Source of the DNA: an uncultured Chthonomonadaceae bacterium
GTDB taxonomy: Bacteria > Armatimonadota > Chthonomonadetes > Chthonomonadales > Chthonomonadaceae
Direction of reading: 5' to 3'
Assembly (NCBI GenBank): GCA_963817895.1
Contig: CAWFQB010000007.1
Coordinates: forward strand, 96,001-160,000
Length of the DNA: 64,000 bases
The translations under genes and the position numbers were made by a program. This document shows positions 43,685 through 53,700 of this stretch, one piece after another (the first letter of the stretch is position 1; each line of letters opens with the position of its first letter). The notes under the pieces were generated by a model that ran no database searches, was not told the origin of the DNA, and saw nothing but the letters and a program-made list of their open reading frames with translations.

Positions 43685-43794
43685 CCGTAGGGACACAACT
43701 TGTTGTGTCCGCGCTCGCTAATGGCAGGTTGCCCTCCCAATTGGCAGATTGCGGACATAAAAGGTTGCGGACACAACTTGTTGTGTCCCTACGG
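43685..43794. repeat. GTAG-type REP doublet (REPIN)
   Basis: ccgtagggacacaacttgttgtgtccgc ... gcggacacaacttgttgtgtccctacgg. Confidence 0.8.
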
Positions 43795-43835
43795 AGATTT
43801 ATTTGAATGGTAGTGGGTTCAGGCGGGTACGGAAC

Positions 43836-44387
43836 CTACGCGAGATCGGCGAGGTCGTCATCGTCGTCATCGTCATCCGTTTTCTTGCTCCCGGTGGCGA
43901 CAGAGCCGTTACCCGGAGATGTAGCCGCCCCGGTTTTGGGGGAGGCGGGCGTGACGGGAGAGGCAGTACCCGGAGTCGCTGCCGTACCGCTTCCAGTTTT
44001 CGCCGCTTTGCGTTGCGCGATCAACTGCTTCAGTTGCTGTTTCTGCGCGGGCGTCAGGACGGCCACAATCTGCTTGCGGGTCTCTTTGCCCAGCGCCTTT
44101 TCCTGCGTCTTCTTATCGGCTGCGGACAGCGAGGCGTTCTGCTTGATGCTCATGCTCTGTTTTTTCGCGCCCTGCACAATAACGCCGATCTGTTTCTTCT
44201 GATCCGGCGTCAGGTTCAGCTGCGCCAGCATCTTCGCCATCGCGCCCTCGTGTTTCACGCCCGTTTGTTTGAGCGCGCCGCCTCGCAAGGCTCCGCGCTT
44301 GCCCTGCGCGTGCGTCGCGCCCGTACCTGCCAGAATCAAACCACAAACCACTGCCGCCATGCCGATGTTCGTCAATTTCATTGTCAT
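43836..44387 (-). CDS. Secreted Spy/CpxP (LTXXQ)-like protein with acidic tail
   Basis: Signal peptide, LNLTPDQKKQI and VLTPAQKQQL motifs, poly-D C-terminus. Confidence 0.75.
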   Translation of the reverse strand: MTMKLTNIGMAAVVCGLILAGTGATHAQGKRGALRGGALKQTGVKHEGAMAKMLAQLNLTPDQKKQIGVIVQGAKKQSMSIKQNASLSAADKKTQEKALGKETRKQIVAVLTPAQKQQLKQLIAQRKAAKTGSGTAATPGTASPVTPASPKTGAATSPGNGSVATGSKKTDDDDDDDDLADLA

Positions 44388-44470
44388 TGCTCCTGCTCAA
44401 GTGGAAAGAAAATACGCTTAAAGCGTTGTCGGCTTTCAGACGCAGGCGCAGGATAATAGTTCACTTCGCG

Positions 44471-45643
44471 CTATTTATCTTGTTTGGGTGGGTCAGCCTG
44501 CTTTTTCTGGTCGTCCTTTTTCGTAGCATCCGGTTTAGGGTTGGCATTGTCGGCGGGCTTGCTTTTGTCTTCGGGGACTGTGGCGTCGCCGCCCTTGAGT
44601 TTGCCTGCCAGCCACTCTACAGCGCGGGCGCGGATGGCGTCCGGCACATCATGGCCGCCGTTGTACCAGACAATCTCTTTGGATTGCGGCGCGGCCACTT
44701 GCAGCAGTTTCGCGGCAGGCGGCACAACAACCACGTCCGTCAGGCCGTTGAACATAATGATGGGCCTGTTGCTGATATGCCCGATGTACAGGCTTGGACA
44801 CACCTGCAATTCGGCCTGCCGTATCTTATCGTCGGGCGTGGCGTGGGCTATAGGCAGAAACGGGTCGCCGCCCACGCACAGCGCGAACGCTCCGATGCGC
44901 TCATCTACCGCGCCCAGAATGGAACCTGTGATGGAACCTAAACTGTAACCAAGCAGGCCGATATGCTGCATATCCACATCGGTACGGGTGGCGAGATAGT
45001 CTAAGGCGCGACGATAATTGCGCCCGCCCTCATGCACGGCAACCGTAATCACCTGCTGATTCCAGTAACTCTTATTGGGTGATTGGCCCTGTCCGTGTTC
45101 GGGCGCGTCCAGCGCGAGAATGGCGATGCCTTTGGCGACAAGCGCGTTCCCGAACATCCTGATGGCGATCTCTTTGTTGTTGGTCAAGCCATGCGGCACA
45201 AGGGCGCAGGGGTACGTTCCATCGGCTTTGGGACGTATAAACGTGCCGGCGACCGGCTTTCCGCCCGGCCCCGTAAACGACAATTTGATGAGGATCGTGT
45301 CGCCCTTGTAAAACGTCTCTTCTTTCACATTCGGCGCACTTGCATCATAATCGTAGGCCGAGCGCAGTTTTTCCCATTCGGGGGTTGCCAGCATTTTACC
45401 GGCGGCGGCAGTGGTGACGCGGACCGCTCTGCCCGCTGTCGCCGTCACTTTGCGCGCGGTACGCCGGCCCGTATTCGTGGCTTTGGCGACGGCTTTGCTG
45501 ATGGTTTTGCTCGCCGTATTGGCGGCTTTCTTAGCCTGCGTCTGGACGGATTGCGCGTGTGACGTTGTAATGGTCAAAGCGGACAGGCAGGCGCAGAAAG
45601 TAACCAAACGAAAACTGGTATTGCGAGAGGATGAGGGTTTCAT
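44471..45643 (-). CDS. Secreted alpha/beta hydrolase
   Basis: GYSLG nucleophile motif, D-x-V-V-P, GGH; start uncertain. Confidence 0.85.
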   Translation of the reverse strand: MKPSSSRNTSFRLVTFCACLSALTITTSHAQSVQTQAKKAANTASKTISKAVAKATNTGRRTARKVTATAGRAVRVTTAAAGKMLATPEWEKLRSAYDYDASAPNVKEETFYKGDTILIKLSFTGPGGKPVAGTFIRPKADGTYPCALVPHGLTNNKEIAIRMFGNALVAKGIAILALDAPEHGQGQSPNKSYWNQQVITVAVHEGGRNYRRALDYLATRTDVDMQHIGLLGYSLGSITGSILGAVDERIGAFALCVGGDPFLPIAHATPDDKIRQAELQVCPSLYIGHISNRPIIMFNGLTDVVVVPPAAKLLQVAAPQSKEIVWYNGGHDVPDAIRARAVEWLAGKLKGGDATVPEDKSKPADNANPKPDATKKDDQKKQADPPKQDK

Positions 45644-45753
45644 AGTTCTATATTCCATAAACATCGGCAGGACTTCTGCCGGGGAGTTCTTGCGGCGGTT
45701 TAGAACCAGACTTTTGCGCTCGCTCGTTTGTTCCTGAAAGTGGGAAGCATCAA

Positions 45754-45796
45754 CATACAAACAGCCTTGCAATTAGATTGCAAGGCTGTTTGTATG
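45754..45796 (-). terminator. Perfect 20-bp-stem hairpin downstream of helicase
   Basis: catacaaacagccttgcaat-tag-attgcaaggctgtttgtatg. Confidence 0.7.
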
Positions 45797-45845
45797 AGGG
45801 TACTCTTTTGCCTGAACCAGTTTAGACAAACCTATTTAGACAAAC

Positions 45846-47267
45846 CTACGCATTATCGTCATAGCGCGGGCGGGCCGGACGCTGGACATTGCGCGGGGTT
45901 TGCGGGCCTCCCATATAAGTACGGTTGGGTCGGTTTCCCGTCGCGCCGGAGCCATTCGGCCCGGAAGCAACGTCACGCGGAGCCTGGCGCGGAGCGGACG
46001 CGCCGTAAGCAGGCGCGGGGCGGTTGCTGGAACGGGGCGCAAAGGACGGATTTGATTGCGGACGGGAAGGCCGCGCGCCCTGTGGCTGCCGCATGGGGCG
46101 CTCTGCGGGTTCGTCGGCGCGAGCGGGAGCCGCCACAAAACCAACCGCGTCCCGACGCAAAATCCGCTTCTTCATCAGCCGTTCGATGCTTGCCAGATAC
46201 GCCTGCTCGTCCGAACTGACAAGCGAAATGGCGTTGCCGGTCACGCCCGCGCGTCCTGTACGCCCGATGCGATGGACATAATCTTCCGGCACATTCGGCA
46301 GTTCGTAGTTGATGACATACGGCAACTGATCAATGTCCAATCCGCGCGCCGCGATGTCGGTGGCTACCAGAATCCGCGTTTTGCCGTCCTTGAAGTCGGC
46401 AAGGGCGCGGGTTCGCTGCGGCTGGCTGCGGTTGCCGTGAATCGGAACGGCGGAAATGCCGTCGCGCTCCAACTGCTTCACAAGCCGATCCGCGCCGTGC
46501 TTGGTGCGCGTGAAGACGAGGGCTTGCTCGATCTTCTCTTCCACCAGCAGATGCACCAGCAGGTCGCGCTTGCTGTCCTTTGTAGCCGGGTAGTACGCCT
46601 GCGTGACAAGCGCGCTTTCCATGTTCTGACGCGCCACTTCTACCCGCGTCGGGGCATTGAGAAGGTCGTCGGCAAGCGTTTTGATTTCATCGGAAAACGT
46701 CGCGGAAAACAGCAGATTCTGACGGCGCGGCGGAAGCAAATCGAGAATTCTGCGTATATCGCGAATAAAGCCCATGTCCAGCATCCGGTCGGCCTCATCC
46801 AGAACCAGTATCTCGACATGGCGCAAATCCAGGGTGCGCTGCTGAATATGATCCAGCAAACGCCCCGGCGTGGCAACAAGAATATCCACGCCCCTTCTCA
46901 GGGCGGCGATTTGCGGGTTGATATTGACGCCGCCGAAAACAACAGTGGAAGTCAGCGGCATATATTTGCCATAAGTACGGACACTCTCTTCCACCTGCGC
47001 GGCGAGTTCGCGGGTGGGCGTCAAAATCAGGGCGCGAACCTTGCGTTGCCCGAAGGGCTTGGGCGCGGTCTGCGTCCGCAACCGCTGCAACAGCGGCAGG
47101 GTAAAGCCCGCTGTTTTGCCGGTTCCAGTTTGTGCCGCTGCCAGCACATCGCGGCCCTGCAAAATCACGGGAATGGCCTGCGCCTGAATGGGCGTGGGAA
47201 TCTCGTAGCCCTCTTCGGCAAGGGCGCGTAAAAGTTCGGGACAGAGTCCCAGTGTGGTGAACGACAT
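45846..47267 (-). CDS. rhlE: DEAD-box ATP-dependent RNA helicase (RhlE-like)
   Basis: Q motif [34 protein letters not shown]. Confidence 0.93.
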   Translation of the reverse strand: MSFTTLGLCPELLRALAEEGYEIPTPIQAQAIPVILQGRDVLAAAQTGTGKTAGFTLPLLQRLRTQTAPKPFGQRKVRALILTPTRELAAQVEESVRTYGKYMPLTSTVVFGGVNINPQIAALRRGVDILVATPGRLLDHIQQRTLDLRHVEILVLDEADRMLDMGFIRDIRRILDLLPPRRQNLLFSATFSDEIKTLADDLLNAPTRVEVARQNMESALVTQAYYPATKDSKRDLLVHLLVEEKIEQALVFTRTKHGADRLVKQLERDGISAVPIHGNRSQPQRTRALADFKDGKTRILVATDIAARGLDIDQLPYVINYELPNVPEDYVHRIGRTGRAGVTGNAISLVSSDEQAYLASIERLMKKRILRRDAVGFVAAPARADEPAERPMRQPQGARPSRPQSNPSFAPRSSNRPAPAYGASAPRQAPRDVASGPNGSGATGNRPNRTYMGGPQTPRNVQRPARPRYDDNA

Positions 47268-47491
47268 GAAAATACAAACTCCTGAATATCGGCCTGTTTT
47301 CGCGTAGCGCGAAGAACCGGTTCAGGCAGATGAATGGGCGGGTGCAAACGTCGGGGTTAAATCTGTAAGATACCGCGAACAAGTGGCAAAGCCTACCGGA
47401 GGGCGAAACAACCACAATGCACATAATTATAAGAAACTTTTCCAATTTAGTGTACCACATTTGACGCGCGTATGCCGGGGAGTTATCTAGC

Positions 47492-48220
47492 ATGACAATA
47501 CATATCGGCACATCGGGGTGGAGCTATGACCACTGGCAGGGGATTTTGTATCCCGAAAAAACGCCGGTGGGCAAGCGGCTGCCCTACTATCTTGCCCAAT
47601 ACGATACGGTCGAGGTCAACAACACGTACTACCGCTGGCCTGCTGACAGCGTGTTTGCGGGCTGGCATGACAAATTGCCGCCGGGGTTCGTGATGAGCGT
47701 TAAAGCGGCGCGAGGTTTGTCGCACTACGCCCGCCTGAACAATCCGCAGGAGTGGATGGATCGGATCGCGCAGGGAATGTCCGGGCTGCGCGAGCATTTA
47801 GGCGTGTTTCTGGTGCAGTTGCCGCCGCAATTCGCCTGCCATTACGAGCGGTTGGAGGGGTTTCTGCGCGTGATTCCTCCCGGTTTGAAAGTGACGCTTG
47901 AATTTCGGCATCCGAGCTGGGACGTGGAGGAGATTTATGCGCTTCTGGAGCGGTACGGGGCGGCGTACTGCGTGATGAGCGGCGCGAACCTGCCCTGCGT
48001 CCTCCGCGCCACGGCCCCGTTTGTATATGTCCGCTTTCATGGCCCCGACACCAACTGGCTGTACGCCGGGTCGTATTCCGACGACGATCTGCGCTGGTGG
48101 GCCGACCGTTTCCGCGACTGGCAGGCGCAGGGCCGCGACATCTACGCCTACTTCAACAACGACGGCGGCGGCAACGCCCTGCGCAACGCCAACACGCTGA
48201 AACATCTGCTTTCAACGTGA
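47492..48220 (+). CDS. DUF72 (UPF0759) family protein
   Basis: IGTSGWSY, VEVNNTYY, QLPP, EFRHPSW, YVRFHG, YFNND. Confidence 0.93.
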   Translation: MTIHIGTSGWSYDHWQGILYPEKTPVGKRLPYYLAQYDTVEVNNTYYRWPADSVFAGWHDKLPPGFVMSVKAARGLSHYARLNNPQEWMDRIAQGMSGLREHLGVFLVQLPPQFACHYERLEGFLRVIPPGLKVTLEFRHPSWDVEEIYALLERYGAAYCVMSGANLPCVLRATAPFVYVRFHGPDTNWLYAGSYSDDDLRWWADRFRDWQAQGRDIYAYFNNDGGGNALRNANTLKHLLST

Positions 48221-48402
48221 TGCCCGTTCCTATGCCTTGCCACAATTTTCTCATTTCGGCTGTTTTCATAGCAGGCGCGGGTATGCCTGCCTCCCCTCTT
48301 CTAAACTGCTGTTGTCGTCGGATGCAATCTGTGACAATTTGCACACTCTAATTGTGTGAAATATCACATTCATCTTTTAACCTGGGGAGCTGTTACAGCA
48401 AC

Positions 48403-48438
48403 AAGCCACTTGAACGGGGGTACGTGTTCAAGTGGCTT
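48403..48438 (-). terminator. 13-bp-stem hairpin closing the candidate ncRNA
   Basis: aagccacttgaac-N10-gttcaagtggctt; only a weak U-tract on the minus strand. Confidence 0.6.
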
Positions 48439-48884
48439 AAAGGTGTTGCGTGATTTGAAATCTATTTCGGCGCGTGAGGTTAGCGCGTCGGACACACGGC
48501 GGCGCATTGACAAGACTTGACTGTGTTAGCGCGCTGTTTTGTAGCGCGGACATTGTGTACAGGGCGCGGAACAGGCTTTGATTTCTCAATTGCCTGTGGC
48601 GGGTTGTTGTACTTCACGCTTGTCTTGTGTCTGAACCTTGCCTCAATTGCTGCGATCCGGTGGCGTCATCGTGTCTCATCCTTCCAGGTAATGGGCCGTC
48701 CACAGCATCATGCGATGCCATCCTCTCGGTTTCGTGGTCCGTACCTCCCCTTGTTTGGATTTCGTAATCGGCGCGTTAAATCGCGAACCTTTCGGCTTGC
48801 CCTCGCGTCATGCCATACGCGGGTTTGTCGCGCCTGCCGGAAGAGTATGAAAGCCTTGCGACTTCAGCCTCTCCCTTATTACAA
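48403..48884 (-). ncRNA. Candidate large structured ncRNA (~480 nt), family not recognised
   Basis: Own promoter and terminal hairpin, no convincing ORF, many nested helices with GCAA/GAAA/GAGA tetraloops. Confidence 0.6.
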
Positions 48885-48888
48885 TTCC

Positions 48889-48917
48889 ATGATACACCTC
48901 TATTTGCCGGATGTCAA
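48889..48917 (-). promoter_or_regulatory. Near-consensus sigma70 promoter
   Basis: Minus strand TTGACA (48917-48912) - 17 nt - TATCAT (48894-48889). Confidence 0.75.
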
Positions 48918-49057
48918 GGGCATTTGCGACATTTTTCCAAAATATTTGCAACGTGTTGTGGAATATATGCAGCGTCCTTATCATTCTCTGGCATGCGCTT
49001 TCGCGGCAATAGCATCGCGCCTGCTTTATCGCGTTGTCAACTCTTTCCCAAATAGCC

Positions 49058-50704
49058 TTACTGAACCTGATAGATCGTCAACAAAGGGCCGGGCCTGCGA
49101 ACCGCGCTGACATTCGAGAACGGCAGAAACCAGGCGTCCTGAAACTCTACAATCAGGGGCGGGTGGGGAGAATCGTCCGCGAACGGCGTAAATACAGCCA
49201 TTCGGCGGCACTGTGGATCGGTTTGCAACTCTCGCAGCAGGGTCGGCGGCGTCACCATCGGCATTTGCGGCGCGTACTCGACCGTCATCACGTAGGCCGC
49301 GCCGTTGTGGCGTATCGTCTTCAAGTCCAACTGATTCAACGTTGTAACCTGAGCCGCTTGCAGCGGCAGACTATCCGGGTAGCCCAGGAACAGGCCGCAA
49401 ACGGCTGTCTGCTTCCCCGGCGGCGCGTTTTGCTTGAGCCAGCGCAGAGCGAGAACGCGGGTATCCTCCTGCGGCAGAACGCGCAGCAGTTCAAGGGAGT
49501 TTTTCAGGTTCCATCCCAAACAGAGCAGGGCCAGTCCCCCGGCCACAAGCATCGCGCCGTTTGCCTTCCATCGGCTCTCCACAGCGCGATAGACCGCGCT
49601 GACGCCAAAGGCCGACAGCAGGCATACGCCCGGCAGAATGGGGTTGAGGTGACGCGAAAAGATGCCGTGCTGTCCCCCCGCGAACAGATAGTACAGGCCG
49701 CATAAGCACAGGGCCAGTTGCAGCGGGCGGTGGCGCTGCCGAATGGCCGCAATGCCCCCGAGGAGGGCGGCGAGCATCACGGGCAGACCCATGCCATAAC
49801 GCAGGGAGAACTGAAAAAAGTAAATCCAGCCTATGGGAAGCAGGCCCGTATACGTCCGGTTCCAGACGCGTTGCGCGCCTAATACGTGCAGAAACGCCCA
49901 GGGACGGAAGGCAAATTCCGGCGTCAACACCACTATCGCGGCGACACACGCAAGAAGCAGCATACGCGCCATGCGCCCCCAACGCTGTTCCGGTGGGCAG
50001 TTCCAGAAGTGCGCCACCAGCATCAGCAAACCGCAGGCAAACACGTATTTGGACGCAATCGCCCAGCCCACGCAAATCCCGGCCAAAATTGCCGCAGAAG
50101 CGGCACGTTTCTGATGATACTCGATGCAGGCCAGCAGCGCCCATGTTGCCGATAGCGCGGCCATCTGATCCACGACCCCAAAATGGGCGTCGCGCACCGG
50201 TATGTAAGCGACTGCCCAAAGCGCTACAGCCAACAGCGCGGTACGCCGGCCCCGCGCCATCATTCCCAGCCGGAACAGCGGAAAGGCGACCAGAACGCCG
50301 CAGGCGGCGGAAAGCAGGCGTTCGCTGAGATGAACGGCAGGCTGTATCGCGTCGCCGGTGAGGAACCCGAAGTAGGTCAAACCGGGAAGCGCGGCTTTCG
50401 CGAGCAGATAGCGCGGAAACCAGTAAAGGCCGAGTATATGCGCGAAGTGGGTGGGATAATACAGGAAAAACGTAAAAGTCAGTCCGGCGCGGGGCGCGTA
50501 CCATAGGCTTGCCACTTGCGCCAGAACCGCCTCTTCATCCGGGCGCGTGTAGCAAGGCAGTCCGAAATCAAGGGCATAAAAACGCAGCCCCGCCGCCAGC
50601 AACAGCAGCAGCCAGAACGCCGCGCCATACGATACAATCCAGCGTTGGCTACTGTTTTTCCAATCCCTCAAGGAGTAATTCAAGCGCATAGCGTTGTTCC
50701 ACAA
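49058..50704 (-). CDS. ArnT/PMT-2 (GT39/GT83-like) membrane glycosyltransferase
   Basis: LRFYALDFGLP..RPDE, many TM helices, AIASKY. Confidence 0.8.
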   Translation of the reverse strand: MWNNAMRLNYSLRDWKNSSQRWIVSYGAAFWLLLLLAAGLRFYALDFGLPCYTRPDEEAVLAQVASLWYAPRAGLTFTFFLYYPTHFAHILGLYWFPRYLLAKAALPGLTYFGFLTGDAIQPAVHLSERLLSAACGVLVAFPLFRLGMMARGRRTALLAVALWAVAYIPVRDAHFGVVDQMAALSATWALLACIEYHQKRAASAAILAGICVGWAIASKYVFACGLLMLVAHFWNCPPEQRWGRMARMLLLACVAAIVVLTPEFAFRPWAFLHVLGAQRVWNRTYTGLLPIGWIYFFQFSLRYGMGLPVMLAALLGGIAAIRQRHRPLQLALCLCGLYYLFAGGQHGIFSRHLNPILPGVCLLSAFGVSAVYRAVESRWKANGAMLVAGGLALLCLGWNLKNSLELLRVLPQEDTRVLALRWLKQNAPPGKQTAVCGLFLGYPDSLPLQAAQVTTLNQLDLKTIRHNGAAYVMTVEYAPQMPMVTPPTLLRELQTDPQCRRMAVFTPFADDSPHPPLIVEFQDAWFLPFSNVSAVRRPGPLLTIYQVQ

Positions 50705-50736
50705 TCAAATTTAGTTGCAACAAACATAAACTTCGA

Positions 50737-53700
50737 TTAGTTTTTTGTAATGGTTTCGTCCAGATTGAGAACGGTGCTGGCGATTATGGCCCAGGCGGCG
50801 AGTTCGGGCGCGTTCAATTTATCATTGCGCTTTGCTTCGCCAATGGCAAGCAGTTGTTCCGCGCCTTTGGGATTGCCGCGATACACGGCAAGCTGATCGT
50901 TAAGCAGGCCGGTTAAAATTTTCTGCTCCCCAACTGTGGCGGAACGGGACACGCACAAATGGTACGCGAAATTGATGCGGTCATTGACACTGTTGCCGCC
51001 TTCGGTCAATATCCGCTCGGCCAGTTTGCGGCTGGCTTCCACATACGTCGGATCGTTCATCAGGACAAGCGCCTGTAGCGGCGTGTTCGTGACCGAACGG
51101 CGCACCATGCAGAACTCCCGTTCGGGCGCGTCGAAGGTTTGCAGCGAGGGCGGCGGAACCGTGCGCTTCCAGAAGGTGTACATGCTGCGGCGATATAAAT
51201 TCTCGCCGTGATCCTGCTCATAATACTGCGCGGAAAAACTACCCTTGAAAGAAATCTCTTCCCACAACCCGGCCGGCTGATACGGCTTCACGCTTGGCCC
51301 GCCGATTTTCGGCACAAGCAACCCCGCCACGTCCAGCGCCTGATCCCGAATGAACTCCGCCGGCAGCCGAAAACGCGGGCCACGCGCCAGTAATCGGTTT
51401 TCCGGGTCTTTCACCATCAATCGTGGCGTCACCCGCGAAGATTGCCGATACGCCGCCGAAGTAACGAGCAGGCGCAGCAGGGCCTTGACATCCCATGGAA
51501 GGGATGAGGGTTGAGGGTTGAGGGAGGCAAGTTCTTCTTTTCCCTTTTCCCTTTTTCCTTTTCCCTCCACGAAGTTGCAGGCAAGCCAATCCAGCAGTTC
51601 GGGATGGGAGGGGCGTTCGCCCTGTGTACCGAAATCTTCCGCCGTTTTCACCAGCCCGGTTCCGAACAGCATTTGCCAGTAGCGGTTCACGGCCACGCGG
51701 CTTGTCAGCGGTTGCGTGGGGCTGACGAGCCATTGCGCCAGTCCCAAACGGTTGGGCGCGTATTCGCCCTGCACGGGCAGGAATTCGGGTATACCGGGCA
51801 TCACTTTCTCGCCCTGTTTGTCATACTGGCCGCGCAGGAGAATAAAGGTATCGCGCGGCTTCGCCATTTCTGACATGACCATTGTGGTGGGAATGGCTTT
51901 GTCCAGATCGGCCTGCTTCTGCTTCCACGTATTGAGTTCCGCCGTAATCGTTTTGTTGGGCATGTCAATGTTGTCGAAGTAGTAGGCGGCGAGTTGAACT
52001 TTCTGCGCTTCTGAACGCTTATTTTCGGTTGTCGCCAGCAGTTGCTTGAGGTTATCCGAATTGGCAAGCGCGGCAACGTCATTCGCGCTGAGTTCGCGGT
52101 CGTAGGCGCGAACATCATCAATCAAGCCCTTGAACGGCGCTCCGGGCGTACGGCGCCCAATCGTGAACGGCGCGGTTGACGTTTGAATGGTATCGGTCAG
52201 TTTGTCGTGTGTAACATCTAAATCGGCGGGCTTGCCGTCTACGTAGATATGAACACCTTTCGCTTTGCTCGAACCGTCGTAGGTGACGAACAGGTGGTGC
52301 CACTTGCCCGCTTCCATGACCATTTTCGTGTTGACGCGAATGGCGTTGTCGTCCCACTTGTGGATGAGATGGACGAAAGCTCGCCCGCCCATCAAATACA
52401 GATCGTAGCCCCGGAAGCCATCTGTCTCGTTCATGCGCGATAACACGGTCATGCTGTCCATGCCGCTCGGATTGATCCACGCGCCATACGAAAATTTGTC
52501 GGTTCGCTCCCATCGCAGCGTTTTGTCACTCGCGTTTCCGATTTCGACATAATTGCCGCCGTCGAAACTGAGCGCGTTGCCGATTTTGCCCGGTTTCCAA
52601 ACCACATTCCCTCTGATGGTTCCACCCGGCTGTTTGCCCACTGTATCCTGAACCTGCGCGCCTGTGTTTTCATCCAGCGCGTAGTTGGCGACAAGCCCTT
52701 CCATCGCGACGGGCGTTTTATCCGCATTGGCGGACGCGGTTTTGATCCAGTCCGTCATGGCCTGCTTCGCTTCCGCCTGCCGATTCTTGCGCGCGTTTTC
52801 CAGTCCGGCGACTTTGCTGGCGTACTCGATGGTCTGCGCCTCCTGTTCGGGCGAGGGCGCTTTCAGGTACGGCATCGCGTTGCCGACTGTTCCGTCCAAC
52901 CCGGCTTCGGGAACGTTGTGGAACAGGGCATAGAAACGGTAATAGTCTTTTTGGGTAATCGGGTCGTACTTGTGGTCGTGGCACTGGGCGCAGCGAACGG
53001 TCAAGCCTAAGAACGCGGTTGCTGTCGTATCAATGCGGTCAAAAATGTAGGCGGCGGCGTACTCTTCGGGAATCGCGCCGCCCTCAAAATTGATGGGGTG
53101 GTTGCGATTGAAGCCGGACGCGATTTTCTGGTCAAGCGTGGCGTTGGGAAGCATGTCGCCCGCGAGTTGCTGAATGACGAACTGATCGTAGGGCAGGTTG
53201 GCATTGAAGGCGTTGATGACCCATTCGCGCCACCGCCACATATCGCGCTGGCTGTCAATGTGGTAGCCGTGCGTGTCGGCAAATCGGGCCAGATCGAGCC
53301 ACGCCAGCGCCATGCGCTCGCCATAATGCGGATTGGCAAGCAGGCGGTCTACGGTTTTCTCATAAGCGTCTTTGCTGTTGTCGGCAAGAAACGCGGACAC
53401 ATCGGCGGGCGTGGGCGGCAGTCCGGTCAAATCCAGCGTAACGCGGCGCAACAGGGTAATTTTGTCGGCTTCGGGCGAGGGCGTCAGTCCCTCTTTTTCC
53501 AGCCGTGACAGGATAAAGCGGTCAATGGGATTGCGTACCCATGCCGTATTCTTCACGGGCGGAAGGGCGGGAGAAACAGGCGGCACAAACGCCCAGTGTT
53601 TCGCATACTTTCCGCCCTGCGCGATCCAGCGTTTCAGGGTTGCCATTTGTGCGCCGGACAGTTTTTTGCCACTGGCGGGCGGCGGCATTTGTCCCGGCCC

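Noticed and set aside
48403..48884. tmRNA, RNase P RNA or c-di-GMP riboswitch identity for the structured region
   Set aside because: No tRNA-like ends or tag ending in LAA (the ANTVK... frame ends CPTR), no GAGGAAAGTCC, and no downstream gene on that strand for a riboswitch to control.
48517..49110. 197-aa plus-strand ORF over the candidate ncRNA
   Set aside because: TTG start without RBS, atypical composition, overlaps the 3' end of the ArnT-like gene and opposes the strong promoter.
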